Shown here: one piece after another, positions 45,047-54,192 of the stretch | Position numbering within the stretch: the stretch's first letter is position 1 | Layout of the letters: every line of letters begins with the position of its first letter | IMG/VR virus record: IMGVR_UViG_2919015088_000005 | Span: 12,365-76,364 of that record | DNA length: 64,000 nt | Origin: a virus | Reading direction: 5' to 3' (one strand) | Notes under the pieces: generated by a model | The model's input: only the letters and a program-made list of their open reading frames with translations | Databases searched by the model: none | What the model was told of the DNA's origin: nothing | Made by a program: the position numbers and the translations under genes

Positions 45047-45052
45047 AAAGAG

Positions 45053-45099
45053 TGGAGGCCGAGGTCGGAATCGAACCGGCGTAGGCGGATTTGCAATCC
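45053..45099 (-). other. att core: 3' half of tRNA-Cys(GCA)
   Basis: GGATTGCAAATCCGCCTACGCCGGTTCGATTCCGACCTCGGCCTCCA; the 5' half is missing and replaced by AT-rich sequence. Confidence 0.9.
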
Positions 45100-45248
45100 A
45101 TACAAATATTCATATTTATCAGATAGTTAAACTAATATCAATTCCGCACATCTGGTATTTTTACGGCGCCGAAGCCCGCTAAAATCGGGGGGATCAATTT
45201 TAATTGCGGAATGGATTTTACTATGCTTCGGGCTTGGGCTTGGCCTGC

Positions 45249-45752
45249 CTAGGGGGATATTGCCCTGACATACGCCTGGCACGCCCGCAGCGCGATCAAT
45301 CCTTGGTCGCCGGCATCGGTGATGGCGATAATTCGTTGAGCATGCGCCGGGTCAAGTTGGGCTCGACGGGCTGCATGAACCACGCCGACGGCGCTGGTGG
45401 TGGCAGGCACGTCGCAACCACTGGCTGGATCCTCGGCAAGGAGGACTGACAGGCGCACATCAGCAGTGGCAAGGCGATCGCGCAGTAGAGCCTGGTTGCG
45501 CTGGGCATCGGATAACTCCTTGGTGTGTTGTTGGTCCTGGGTGGCGAGCTTCTGCTCTGTGACCAGGCGTTTGTCCTGCTCAGTGCGGGCCTGAGCTGCG
45601 GCGGCATTGCCAATCGCTGCCAGATCCGCCTGGAACTGGGCGCCCTGCTCCGCTAACGTCTTGCCCATGCGCCAGTCCTGTACCTGCCAGGTGCCGGCGG
45701 CGCTGATCATCATCGCCAGCAGGATCGCTGCCAGGATCTGCCAAGGCGTCAC
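45249..45752 (-). CDS. Inner-membrane spanin (Rz-like)
   Basis: N-terminal TM helix, coiled coil; GTGA overlap with the endolysin gene. Confidence 0.8.
   Translation of the reverse strand: MTPWQILAAILLAMMISAAGTWQVQDWRMGKTLAEQGAQFQADLAAIGNAAAAQARTEQDKRLVTEQKLATQDQQHTKELSDAQRNQALLRDRLATADVRLSVLLAEDPASGCDVPATTSAVGVVHAARRAQLDPAHAQRIIAITDAGDQGLIALRACQAYVRAISP
45296..45508 (-). CDS. Outer-membrane spanin lipoprotein (Rz1-like), embedded in Rz
   Basis: Lipobox-like LLMCAC, Pro-rich; alternative frame within Rz. Confidence 0.7.
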   Translation of the reverse strand: MPSATRLYCAIALPLLMCACQSSLPRIQPVVATCLPPPAPSAWFMQPVEPNLTRRMLNELSPSPMPATKD

Positions 45753-46258
45753 GACATCACCCCGCCCGCCAGCCAGTACTGCTTCAGCAGATCCTCCAGC
45801 CGATGTTCCCGCTGGCCATACCCTGCCCCCGGTAGGCTGGCCCAGATGTTCCGACACTTCGCGATAGCCGTCTCGATCCGTCCGGCAAGCACGTCAGGCA
45901 ATGCCCTGCACTCGCGAATGTGCTGCAGCGCCAACAGGTCCTGGCTGATCGGACTGAAGTCCGGCAGCTTGAGCAGGGCCTTGTAATGCGGCCAGTCCTT
46001 CAGCATCTGCTGGTACCGGCCCGAGGCATTGGACGTGAGCCCTTTGCTGTTGATGACCTTCGACGCGCGCCCCTTGGCGAAAGGGTGATCCGTGAAGTCC
46101 TTGAACACCTCGGGCTTGCGGTCTATGCCTGTCACGATCACGTCGTAACCGTCCATAGCCGTGGCCGGTGAGGTGCTGGTGCCCTCGCTCCATGCAAGCA
46201 TATCGAGGAAGGCCAGTGCATTACGGCCGCCCGCGCGAGACTCGGAAATTCGTGCCAT
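45749..46258 (-). CDS. Endolysin (lambda R-like lytic transglycosylase)
   Basis: AFLDMLAWSEGT, SNASGRYQ, DFSPISQD, CRNIWASLPG. Confidence 0.9.
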   Translation of the reverse strand: MARISESRAGGRNALAFLDMLAWSEGTSTSPATAMDGYDVIVTGIDRKPEVFKDFTDHPFAKGRASKVINSKGLTSNASGRYQQMLKDWPHYKALLKLPDFSPISQDLLALQHIRECRALPDVLAGRIETAIAKCRNIWASLPGAGYGQREHRLEDLLKQYWLAGGVMS

Positions 46259-46317
46259 TGCTTTTCTCCAGGCAAAAAAACACCCGCTCAAGGCGGGCTA
46301 TTGATCAGTTACTCGTG

Positions 46318-46572
46318 TCAGCAATCGGTGGCGCCTTCAAACTCAGGCAGAGTTTTCAGGTACTCGTATGCCTGCTTGAATGGGTTCTCACCGTCCATGT
46401 CGTAGCTTGTCGTGTGGTACACATACGTCAAGGGGTCGCCGTTAGGCTCGGCGCATGTCTGAACGCTGAAGTTCATTTCCGCTTTATCTGCGCCCAAAGT
46501 AACCACCGCCACAGTTACGTAGGCGCCCTTGACCTCGACGTTTTTGTAAGTCAAATCCAATGTAAGTGCCAT
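46318..46572 (-). CDS. Small tail-spike-associated protein
   Basis: 84 aa; ENPFKQAYEYLKTLPEFEGA. Confidence 0.6.
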   Translation of the reverse strand: MALTLDLTYKNVEVKGAYVTVAVVTLGADKAEMNFSVQTCAEPNGDPLTYVYHTTSYDMDGENPFKQAYEYLKTLPEFEGATDC

Positions 46573-46591
46573 GCTGGTCGCCTCCTGAAGT

Positions 46592-48430
46592 TTAGATCGC
46601 GGTATTGCCGGCCACTGTCACCCAATCCTGGGCGTTGACGCCTCTCGCATAGACCCATTGAGCGCCACCTGTGCAGTCCGAGCAAAAAGCCAGTGCTCCG
46701 GTATTGCTCGCCGCGCTGAGGGCTAATAGCTGCGCGCGCGTGAAGCTATTGAAATACAGGCCCGCGCGCAGATGCTGCATGCCGCCTGGGTTGTCGGTTT
46801 TTACGAGCTGGGTGACCTCGATCCCTGTCGACGTCACCACGTTGCGTTTGCGGGCGTTTGCGGGGGTGTCGAAGTCGGTGGCCATGGGCTCGACGTTGGA
46901 GACCACGCCGGGTTGCGACGATGTCCTACGAAGAACAACCCCTGTGGAGCTGGCGAATGCAAAAGAGCGAGTCATGGTCAGCGTAAAATCCGACCCCGAG
47001 GAGGCGTCCCCAGTGATCGAAATCTCCCTGCCTGGGCGGTCACCAATGGTCGTACCGCGCGCAAGCCTGGATGGCGTGCCACGGTCATTGACCGCACGAG
47101 AAACGAACCCTAAGTTGAATCCGTTGAGCCCCAAAAACTCCCAGAGCATCTCAGCGGCATAGGCCTGAACTGCGGCCACAGGGTGGACACCATCGTCCGT
47201 CCCGAAGATGGTGTTCATCTCGGCATGTGTGCCCAGGAGGTGGTAGCTGTCGAAGTACAGATACGACGCCCCTTTGTTGCCGCAGAAGCCCTTTAGGTAA
47301 TGCCCGGACCTCATCTTGAGCGAGTCGTTTAGGGTTCTCGGTGTCGACCCAATGAACAGCTTGTCGGCGTATGGACTAGACGCATCAAGAATACCTATCA
47401 GGTAGTTGAACGATGCATCAGCAGCCGCCCCATCCCCGAAGTCATCATCCATCTCAAAGGTGATGAGGTCCGCGTTAATGTCAGTCAGAGCCGCCTGCCA
47501 AATCGCACGCCCTTGCGCGGAGGCCGTTGCATCGGCCAGCAACAGGCCGCCACGGTTCATGGTCTGATGCAGGTCGAGGCCGGACACGGTGGTGTTGCGG
47601 GTATGCACAAGGACAACACGTACCGGGCCGCCAGATACAGTGGTCAGCACAGGAGCAGTAGCGGCTGCTTGTGTGTAGGACAAAACGCCAAGACCAGTAA
47701 CATCCGCGGCGGCGGAGACGGTTGCCACAACGGTACCGCCAACGGAAAGGTTCAGCGTGCCGGCGGAGGGCTCTTTGATGTAATACACCTTCACATCAGT
47801 AAAGGTTGGAGAAGATCCCGAACGCACCCAAAGTGCTGACGCGCCATCATTAAGACGACTGACGAGCCCAGTAGGCCAATACTGATACTGAAAAGTTTCC
47901 GCCGTCACGAGCGAGGCGGTGCTAAGCGAGAGGTCATAGCCGCCGGTGGGCGGCCCGTCCCCAGAACCTGTGCCAGCGCTGTTGACTCCACTCATGTTGA
48001 CCCCGCCCATCCTGCGATCCAGCGAGGCGTTGAGCTGAAGCATTTTTGCCCCGGCCAAACTGTCACCAAGAATGATCACCCGCAGATGACTAATAGACGA
48101 TGCTGCCGCAAAAAGCTTGCTGAACACTTTCCTCGGTTTTCGCAGGTTCAGCGCTAGGGCCCCGCTGACAGTAGTCCCCTTATCGCCGATTAAATTCGCG
48201 CCTTTGGTGGCATCGTCTGCACTGGCCAGTTCCAGCTCTAGGCCCGCCGATTGCTCCAGAGACAAGACGGCTTGCTTTGCAATTGTCGGCACCAATCCCG
48301 ACTCAGTAACAACATCGGTCTCGGCATCGCCATGAATATATTGATGCAGTTTTTCCGAAGCCCCGAGCGAGCGCTGTGCCGCTTCCGACAACGCCCCCGC
48401 GTAGCTCTCCAGCGCTGCTATATCGGTCAT
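46592..48430 (-). CDS. Tailspike with SGNH esterase domain
   Basis: N-terminal anchor VVTESGLVPTIAKQ; GDSL and DGVH motifs. Confidence 0.75.
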   Translation of the reverse strand: MTDIAALESYAGALSEAAQRSLGASEKLHQYIHGDAETDVVTESGLVPTIAKQAVLSLEQSAGLELELASADDATKGANLIGDKGTTVSGALALNLRKPRKVFSKLFAAASSISHLRVIILGDSLAGAKMLQLNASLDRRMGGVNMSGVNSAGTGSGDGPPTGGYDLSLSTASLVTAETFQYQYWPTGLVSRLNDGASALWVRSGSSPTFTDVKVYYIKEPSAGTLNLSVGGTVVATVSAAADVTGLGVLSYTQAAATAPVLTTVSGGPVRVVLVHTRNTTVSGLDLHQTMNRGGLLLADATASAQGRAIWQAALTDINADLITFEMDDDFGDGAAADASFNYLIGILDASSPYADKLFIGSTPRTLNDSLKMRSGHYLKGFCGNKGASYLYFDSYHLLGTHAEMNTIFGTDDGVHPVAAVQAYAAEMLWEFLGLNGFNLGFVSRAVNDRGTPSRLARGTTIGDRPGREISITGDASSGSDFTLTMTRSFAFASSTGVVLRRTSSQPGVVSNVEPMATDFDTPANARKRNVVTSTGIEVTQLVKTDNPGGMQHLRAGLYFNSFTRAQLLALSAASNTGALAFCSDCTGGAQWVYARGVNAQDWVTVAGNTAI

Positions 48431-48512
48431 TCAGTTTGCTCCAGATAATAAAAAACCCGCATCGCGGGTCGGTTGTTCATTTAACTTAAGTAGTGCCGCG
48501 TAGAGGGCCTGG

Positions 48513-49253
48513 TTAATACCCTGGCGCTTTGCCAATAGCGCGCCAGTGAACCGTCACCCCATAGTTCACCGTATCGTTGAACAGCCTGTATTGCGTATTG
48601 CTTACCGCATAAGCACCCGCCGAGTTGCCATCACCGTCTGTGGCATTAGGCGATATTTTGTTGCCGAAGCAGTTGTAGACCTCCGCAAATGGCGTTGGAA
48701 AGTTTATCGGGGCACTCACGCCGTCGGCGCCTACGCTACCCTGCCCCCACTGCTCTAACAGCCCCGTAGCGCTGTCCAACTTCCACCCGTTAACGCCCAA
48801 TAACGCCGTGTTCTTGTTTTGCTTCGCGAGGTCAAGTGCGTCCAGCGCAGCTTGGATAGTCTGATGCAATGAGTTGAGGAGGGAATCCGTGGCCGTCTTT
48901 GTGTAGGCATCGCCGATGCCATAACCGGCCAGAGTGATCGCATTGTTCGCTTTACTTGAAAGTAGAAAGTCAGTCTGATTTTTCGTGTAGGCATCAAGAA
49001 TGCCGTAACCGTTTAACGACGTCGCCTTCACCGCATAGTTAGCCACCGCTGCCCGAATTGCCTTTAACACCTGAGCATTGTCCTCAACATCCAGGGCAGG
49101 TAGATACCCGAGGATCAAGTTGCACAATTCCTCCTGAACGGCGTTCAACCATTCAGCTTTAATCGGCGTGGGGCTCACGCCGCCCACGATGGTACCGTAG
49201 CGAAACCGGCCAAGCGCAGTGACCAGATCGGTCCAACTGGAAATTCGCTGCAT
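48513..49253 (-). CDS. Short tail fibre (gp53-like C-terminal domain)
   Basis: TPIKAEWLNAVQEEL; LAGYGI repeats; GLLEQWG...INFPTPF. Confidence 0.8.
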   Translation of the reverse strand: MQRISSWTDLVTALGRFRYGTIVGGVSPTPIKAEWLNAVQEELCNLILGYLPALDVEDNAQVLKAIRAAVANYAVKATSLNGYGILDAYTKNQTDFLLSSKANNAITLAGYGIGDAYTKTATDSLLNSLHQTIQAALDALDLAKQNKNTALLGVNGWKLDSATGLLEQWGQGSVGADGVSAPINFPTPFAEVYNCFGNKISPNATDGDGNSAGAYAVSNTQYRLFNDTVNYGVTVHWRAIGKAPGY

Positions 49254-49254
49254 G

Positions 49255-49899
49255 CTAAAAGTCCTCAATGCCGGCGATCGCTGCAGGCGTCACGTAATGG
49301 ATAACGTTAAATAAGGTGTCGACCTGGCTGACAATGCTGTGGATGACTTCCTGCCCGAAGCCCAGCACCACGTCTGTATACTCCGGCGCCTCAAGCTGCA
49401 GACGACAATCCAGCGTGGCGGCTTCTGCAGTACCGTATGCATCGATCGGTGCCGAAGCCAGCCAGCTCCAGGGCCATGCATCGCCATATAGAAAATCACC
49501 TACATTGGTCGAGCCAACACGGGCGGGGCGGAACTCATCAATGGCGATGCCGATGCCGGTCTGCGTGGCCATCCGCAGGTAGTACGCACGCTGGGGTGCT
49601 CCGGTCGCGCTCATCTTGTTCAGCACAGCCTGACGGCGCTCTGCCACTGTTTGCGATCCAGGCACAACACACACATCAGGAATGCCCAGGTACTCTTCCC
49701 AGTCAGTTAAAAGCTGGGTGACACTGGCCGGATTTAGCTCTGCTTGCAGCTCATCCAAGGCAGCATCAATACGCACGAACTCGGGAGCAAAGGCAGCCAC
49801 CAGTGCCGCAATGTCGGTCTGTAGTTCAACGTCAAAAGCTGGGCCGGGCGGCAGCAGTTGTTGCAATTGCTGCTTGTAGTCGTCTTCACTCAAAGCCAT
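49255..49899 (-). CDS. Baseplate wedge (YmfQ/Mu gp48-like)
   Basis: LQQLLPPGPA...ELNPAS..LLTDWE..LGIPD. Confidence 0.85.
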   Translation of the reverse strand: MALSEDDYKQQLQQLLPPGPAFDVELQTDIAALVAAFAPEFVRIDAALDELQAELNPASVTQLLTDWEEYLGIPDVCVVPGSQTVAERRQAVLNKMSATGAPQRAYYLRMATQTGIGIAIDEFRPARVGSTNVGDFLYGDAWPWSWLASAPIDAYGTAEAATLDCRLQLEAPEYTDVVLGFGQEVIHSIVSQVDTLFNVIHYVTPAAIAGIEDF

Positions 49900-50933
49900 G
49901 TGATCACCCCAAGTGAGCCCACTTCGTTATTGGCGATGACCACATCGGCTGTGGGAGACGACAGCACATGATCTGTCTCGCCAGCGGTGTTGCCGATCGC
50001 GCCACGAATATGGGAAATCAACAGGGTCGAGTCAGACCCCGCTTCATCATTGATGAGCGCTGCCAATGATTGCGTTACCGACGTACGCAGCGCCGTGCTA
50101 TCAGGCGTCAACTTGATCGAGAAGTTGAGCACCCGATCAATCGGTGCAAAGGCGTAGACTTCAGCGGTAACCGGACGCCTGGCATCTAAATGAGCCTGAA
50201 CCTCTGCCACCTGGGCAGGCGTGGGGAAAATGCTCACATCCGCGTCACGTACAAAGGTCAGACCAAATGTACCCGGCCCCATCCAGCGCGGCAGCGGCCA
50301 GGCACGAGTGACCCCAGGCACCTCCAAGGCCCATTCAACAAAGTCCGCACCGTTTCCTACCTTGCTCGGATTCTTGAACGCCTGCCGTACCCTGGCCCGT
50401 AAGGCCTCTACCGTCTCCTGTTCGGTTCCACCGACGATGCCATCGACACCGATGGTGGCAGTGGAATTGACGCCGATCACCGGAGAAACCGCCGTCAAGG
50501 TGCCGGCGACAAGGTTGCCAATCGTCCCGACATCATTCGCCGTAACGGGCACAACGGCAGCACCGGCTACCAGGGTGGTGGTCTGGGTAACGGTATAGAG
50601 GCGCCCATCCTCGGATTGGTAGACGACACCAGCGTCGACCAGGGCGCCAGACGCCCCTGTCAAGGCGATCAGACCCGTGGCCGCAACTGCATCTGTTCTT
50701 CCCTTCTCAAGCCGCCAGTCGGCCCAACGTAGAAGGTTTTCTTCATCACAGGTAGCCGGATGCGACTGTTTGGCGATCCATTGCTGATAACCGTACAGCT
50801 CGAAGGCGGTGCCGCTGTGTGCACGGGCAGCGGCCTTGGCGTCAGATCGGCGCAACGCATCGGGGGCGTTTCGCTCAAAGTCTGCCTCCGTGCGCGTAAT
50901 CAGCGCAGGGAGCGTTGGGATGTCATAAGGCAT
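49890..50933 (-). CDS. Baseplate J (Mu gp47-like)
   Basis: GGTEQETVEALRAR, WALEVPGVTRAW. Confidence 0.9.
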   Translation of the reverse strand: MPYDIPTLPALITRTEADFERNAPDALRRSDAKAAARAHSGTAFELYGYQQWIAKQSHPATCDEENLLRWADWRLEKGRTDAVAATGLIALTGASGALVDAGVVYQSEDGRLYTVTQTTTLVAGAAVVPVTANDVGTIGNLVAGTLTAVSPVIGVNSTATIGVDGIVGGTEQETVEALRARVRQAFKNPSKVGNGADFVEWALEVPGVTRAWPLPRWMGPGTFGLTFVRDADVSIFPTPAQVAEVQAHLDARRPVTAEVYAFAPIDRVLNFSIKLTPDSTALRTSVTQSLAALINDEAGSDSTLLISHIRGAIGNTAGETDHVLSSPTADVVIANNEVGSLGVITWL

Positions 50934-51315
50934 TGATTAAACTCCAGGTATCCTCAAAGGCCAGTTCTAGCGTTTCGCCGTTTGCCTCGGTCATCAGCAC
51001 CCGCATGCGCATCCCGTTGATGCCGTAGCGTTCTACGGTGACGGCGACCTCCGTGACGATGCCATCCGCGACCATCCAGGCCAGCGCCTCATCGGCGTAA
51101 TCCTTGGCATCCTTGAAGGTGTCCGGCACCAGCGATCGCCGGCGCAACAACCAGAGGCGCGAACCTATCTGGTCACCCGCCACGGTGGGCACGCTGTCTC
51201 CCCACCAACCCTGGCGGTCACTGTCGTCCAAGTCATCGTCATCATTGGCACGGCGCCAGGAAAACAAACTGATGGTGACGGCGCGGCGTAGAAGCTGCTC
51301 ACGATCAATCATCAA
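50923..51315 (-). CDS. Mu gp46-like baseplate protein
   Basis: AVTISLFS, GWWGD, GSRLWLL. Confidence 0.9.
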   Translation of the reverse strand: MMIDREQLLRRAVTISLFSWRRANDDDDLDDSDRQGWWGDSVPTVAGDQIGSRLWLLRRRSLVPDTFKDAKDYADEALAWMVADGIVTEVAVTVERYGINGMRMRVLMTEANGETLELAFEDTWSLINAL

Positions 51316-51821
51316 GTGCCTCCAACGGGCGGCCCGCTTTGGCCGTTCCCACTCTGCACACCCTCATGTGGGTGATTGATCTGGCTGATCCCGCCGGCGA
51401 GCTGGTCGCCGTCACTGACAATACTTCCCGTCTGAGTGATTTTCGGCGTATTGAAGTTCACACCTGTCGTGGCTTTGATGTTGAGAGTTTCAGTTTCGAT
51501 ATCGATGATTCGGCCACGCTTAAAGTGCACCTTGTCGCCCTCATCGGTATAGATGGCCACCTCGCCGGGTTTCATTCCGACCACGCGGTATCGCCTGTCC
51601 GACACAACAATCACCACCCCGTGACTGCGATCGCCACCAATAAAGCCAGCCAGGGCCTCAGCACCGTCATGCGGACAGGCCGTAAACCCATAGGGCTCCA
51701 GGTGTTCAACCTGGTCCTTTACTTCACCCGCCAGCAAACGAAGCTGCAGGCTCTGCAACTTGCTGGCTGAGTTGGCCAAGGCAACCACGCCACGCGCGAG
51801 AAAGTTCGTCAGTGCGCTCAT
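51312..51821 (-). CDS. Baseplate spike (Mu gp45/gpV-like)
   Basis: EHLEPYGFTA, GDRSHG, HPH tip. Confidence 0.9.
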   Translation of the reverse strand: MSALTNFLARGVVALANSASKLQSLQLRLLAGEVKDQVEHLEPYGFTACPHDGAEALAGFIGGDRSHGVVIVVSDRRYRVVGMKPGEVAIYTDEGDKVHFKRGRIIDIETETLNIKATTGVNFNTPKITQTGSIVSDGDQLAGGISQINHPHEGVQSGNGQSGPPVGGT

Positions 51822-52930
51822 GAGGGTTTGTAGTCCGCAGGTATGAGGTATTCAAAGTTGTCAGTTTTCTTGCCCTTGCGAAGCTTGCGCTTCTCATAGG
51901 CATCGTTCGGTTCGGGCAGAAAACCATCCGGTGGAGCGACGCTGAGCGTGGCAAAAGTGCCTTGCTCGCCGAGCTCGTAACTGATTTCGGTGATCAGCAT
52001 GTCCCGGTCAAAACCGATGATGGGATCCACCACACGCACAATCATGTTGTGCCGCCACAGTTCGCCGTTGCTCTGCCGCCAGCCCTGGTACTTGTAGGTG
52101 GCCGCCAGGGCCTTGCTGATGGCGTTAGCGCGCTCCCACACGACACGCGCACGTGCGATCGCTGGAGTCAGTTGCCCTGACTGCTGGATGACCTTGACGC
52201 GCTTGCGACCGATTCGATCATCCGAAACCGAGGCTTCGACCTCTGTTGTCGCGACACCGAAGCTGGTGTCTGTGCCGCTACGCTGCCCCTTACTGACGTA
52301 TTGGGAGAACACATTGGAAAAATCCATCTGTGCATCGCCGGTCAGGATGTTCTCACCCAGCACCAGTCGATCAGCAGCACGACCGACGCTACCGGGTGAG
52401 GCGATGATCAAACGCCCACGACCATCGTCGGTGCTGAACAGGCGAGACAGCGTCAACAATCGGTCGATGCTCTCGAATGCCGTTTCACCGGGCTCGATCG
52501 TATGGTCATCGATCGCCTGCGCCAGGCCGGAGTCATCAACAACAGTGATCCCGTACTCGCCCGCCAACGCTGCAACGATGCTCTGCACGCTCTGGGCACG
52601 CCATTGACCAGGGGTATTGATCGCGGCGCAGTCAACCAAATCGCCTGTCCGTGACTTTCCCGAAATCGACAGAGTGACGGCCCGGCCATCGTATTGAACG
52701 GGGGCTGATGACACATACCCCGTCAAGATCAACTCTCTGCCAATCCGGACTTCGACCGCTTCACCCGGCTTGATGCGTACCGGCACATCACCACCGCCTG
52801 GCCAGCTCCAGGTGATGCCCAACTCAAAGTCGCGGGCCTGGCGCTCCAGGCCGGCACTGATCCGCACCGATTTCCACCCGGCGTAGTCGTACCCGCCAGC
52901 GCTTAGGGTGACGATATTGGATTGATCCAT
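51818..52930 (-). CDS. Baseplate hub (Mu gp44-like)
   Basis: GWKSVRI...GKSRTGDLVDC. Confidence 0.9.
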   Translation of the reverse strand: MDQSNIVTLSAGGYDYAGWKSVRISAGLERQARDFELGITWSWPGGGDVPVRIKPGEAVEVRIGRELILTGYVSSAPVQYDGRAVTLSISGKSRTGDLVDCAAINTPGQWRAQSVQSIVAALAGEYGITVVDDSGLAQAIDDHTIEPGETAFESIDRLLTLSRLFSTDDGRGRLIIASPGSVGRAADRLVLGENILTGDAQMDFSNVFSQYVSKGQRSGTDTSFGVATTEVEASVSDDRIGRKRVKVIQQSGQLTPAIARARVVWERANAISKALAATYKYQGWRQSNGELWRHNMIVRVVDPIIGFDRDMLITEISYELGEQGTFATLSVAPPDGFLPEPNDAYEKRKLRKGKKTDNFEYLIPADYKPS

Positions 52931-52932
52931 AA

Positions 52933-54192
52933 TCAGCTCTTGGCGACTTGTAGCTCAGTGGCCGGCACGAAACCGGGATGACGGATGCGGTTGCGCGAAA
53001 CAATCTCAGCGCCGCGCAACGCATCGCCGTAAAGGCTGTATGCGAGGACAAGAGACGGAACCGTTTGCCGTGGGGTATAGGCGCGCAACCACACACCGCT
53101 GCGGGCTACCTCGGTCAAATGGCGATCAAGGCGTAGCCGCGCGTCACTGAGGACGCTGAAGTGATCCGGTGCGCTATCGGCGGCGACCGCCCATACGGCC
53201 TCGCTGATTGCATCGCGCAATTCAAGAATGTCGTCAGCGACAGGGACACTGGTCAACTCGGCCTCACCCGCTGCCGTCGTCAGCCCCTGCTCTCCCAGTT
53301 GCGCAGCCAGGCTCGCGGCCTGGCCAGAACTGGACACATCAGCAATGGGTACCTCTGCCATGTCCAGCACCAGGTCCAGAATGGCAGCGTCCTGGATCAA
53401 CCCTATTACCGCCGCCTGAATCGCAGCTTCATCGGCGGTCGACGTCACAGGCGCCGCAATCCCAAGCGCCGGTATAGCCTCCGCCATGGCCTGGCTGCTT
53501 TTGAGCTGACTGCCCGCGCCATAACCGTCAAACGTCCTTTCCAAACGAGTCAGGTCACTCAACAAGCTCGCCGCAAACGCATCCGGTGCGTTCACCAGGT
53601 CATTCACGAAAGCGTCTAGATCCGACGCCAACGACGTCATGGGTTTCAGGAAGTTGATACCGAACGCGTAGACGCTCGACAGCGCGGTACGCAACGCCCG
53701 CGCTCGCTGCCCTGCCAAGTTGACGGCCGCCATCGCAGTACTGAACCGACTCTGTATGGACACCAGCAACGAATCCTGCTGTTTGACCAGTTGCTGTTTG
53801 GTATTGGGAGCCTGGACTGGGAACTCCAACGTGCCGTCGATGAACTCCAGCGCGAAGCCAACCTTCCCACCCTCATCGCGTGCATGAGAGACCTCGCACT
53901 CCCCCGCTGTGACCGTCAGCCGGCCAAACCACGGATGAACCAACTCACCTGGACCAGGCTTATCCAACGCGGTCAGCAGGCGATCACGCTGCGACAGACA
54001 ATCGTCCCCCACAACGAAGGCGGCAAACCGGTATTTGCGTGTCTGACGCCCCATGTCCTCCGTGTAGGGCTGATCACGCTGAGGATATTCGTGGACCTGC
54101 GTGCGCCGGCCCACTGGCACATTATCGGTATCAACCCAAAACGGGATCCCACGAAAGGATGCGGCCTGTTTTCGGTCACGCCATTCACTCAT
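52933..54192 (-). CDS. DNA circularisation protein (Mu gp43/N-like)
   Basis: ASFRGIPF, GRRTQVHEYP, LVHPWFG, IRHPGFVP. Confidence 0.9.
   Translation of the reverse strand: MSEWRDRKQAASFRGIPFWVDTDNVPVGRRTQVHEYPQRDQPYTEDMGRQTRKYRFAAFVVGDDCLSQRDRLLTALDKPGPGELVHPWFGRLTVTAGECEVSHARDEGGKVGFALEFIDGTLEFPVQAPNTKQQLVKQQDSLLVSIQSRFSTAMAAVNLAGQRARALRTALSSVYAFGINFLKPMTSLASDLDAFVNDLVNAPDAFAASLLSDLTRLERTFDGYGAGSQLKSSQAMAEAIPALGIAAPVTSTADEAAIQAAVIGLIQDAAILDLVLDMAEVPIADVSSSGQAASLAAQLGEQGLTTAAGEAELTSVPVADDILELRDAISEAVWAVAADSAPDHFSVLSDARLRLDRHLTEVARSGVWLRAYTPRQTVPSLVLAYSLYGDALRGAEIVSRNRIRHPGFVPATELQVAKS

Larger units (their letters stand above)
1..45052 (-). mobile_element. Prophage 1 (lambdoid regulation, contractile tail); left end lies outside the window
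   Basis: Contiguous baseplate-tail-head-terminase-holin-Q-replication-cro/cI-early left-xis-int modules ending at the tRNA-Cys att fragment. Confidence 0.95.

Noticed and set aside
45053-45099. Functional tRNA-Cys gene
   Set aside because: The 5' acceptor strand and D arm are absent; it is the att duplication.
46592-49253. Tail fibre or spike genes as additional DGR targets
   Set aside because: I found no copy of the TR constant tracts (TCGCAGCGCTCAGCC or CCGCCCCGTCCGCAG) in them by eye; fibre genes of prophage 1 lie outside the window and could not be checked.
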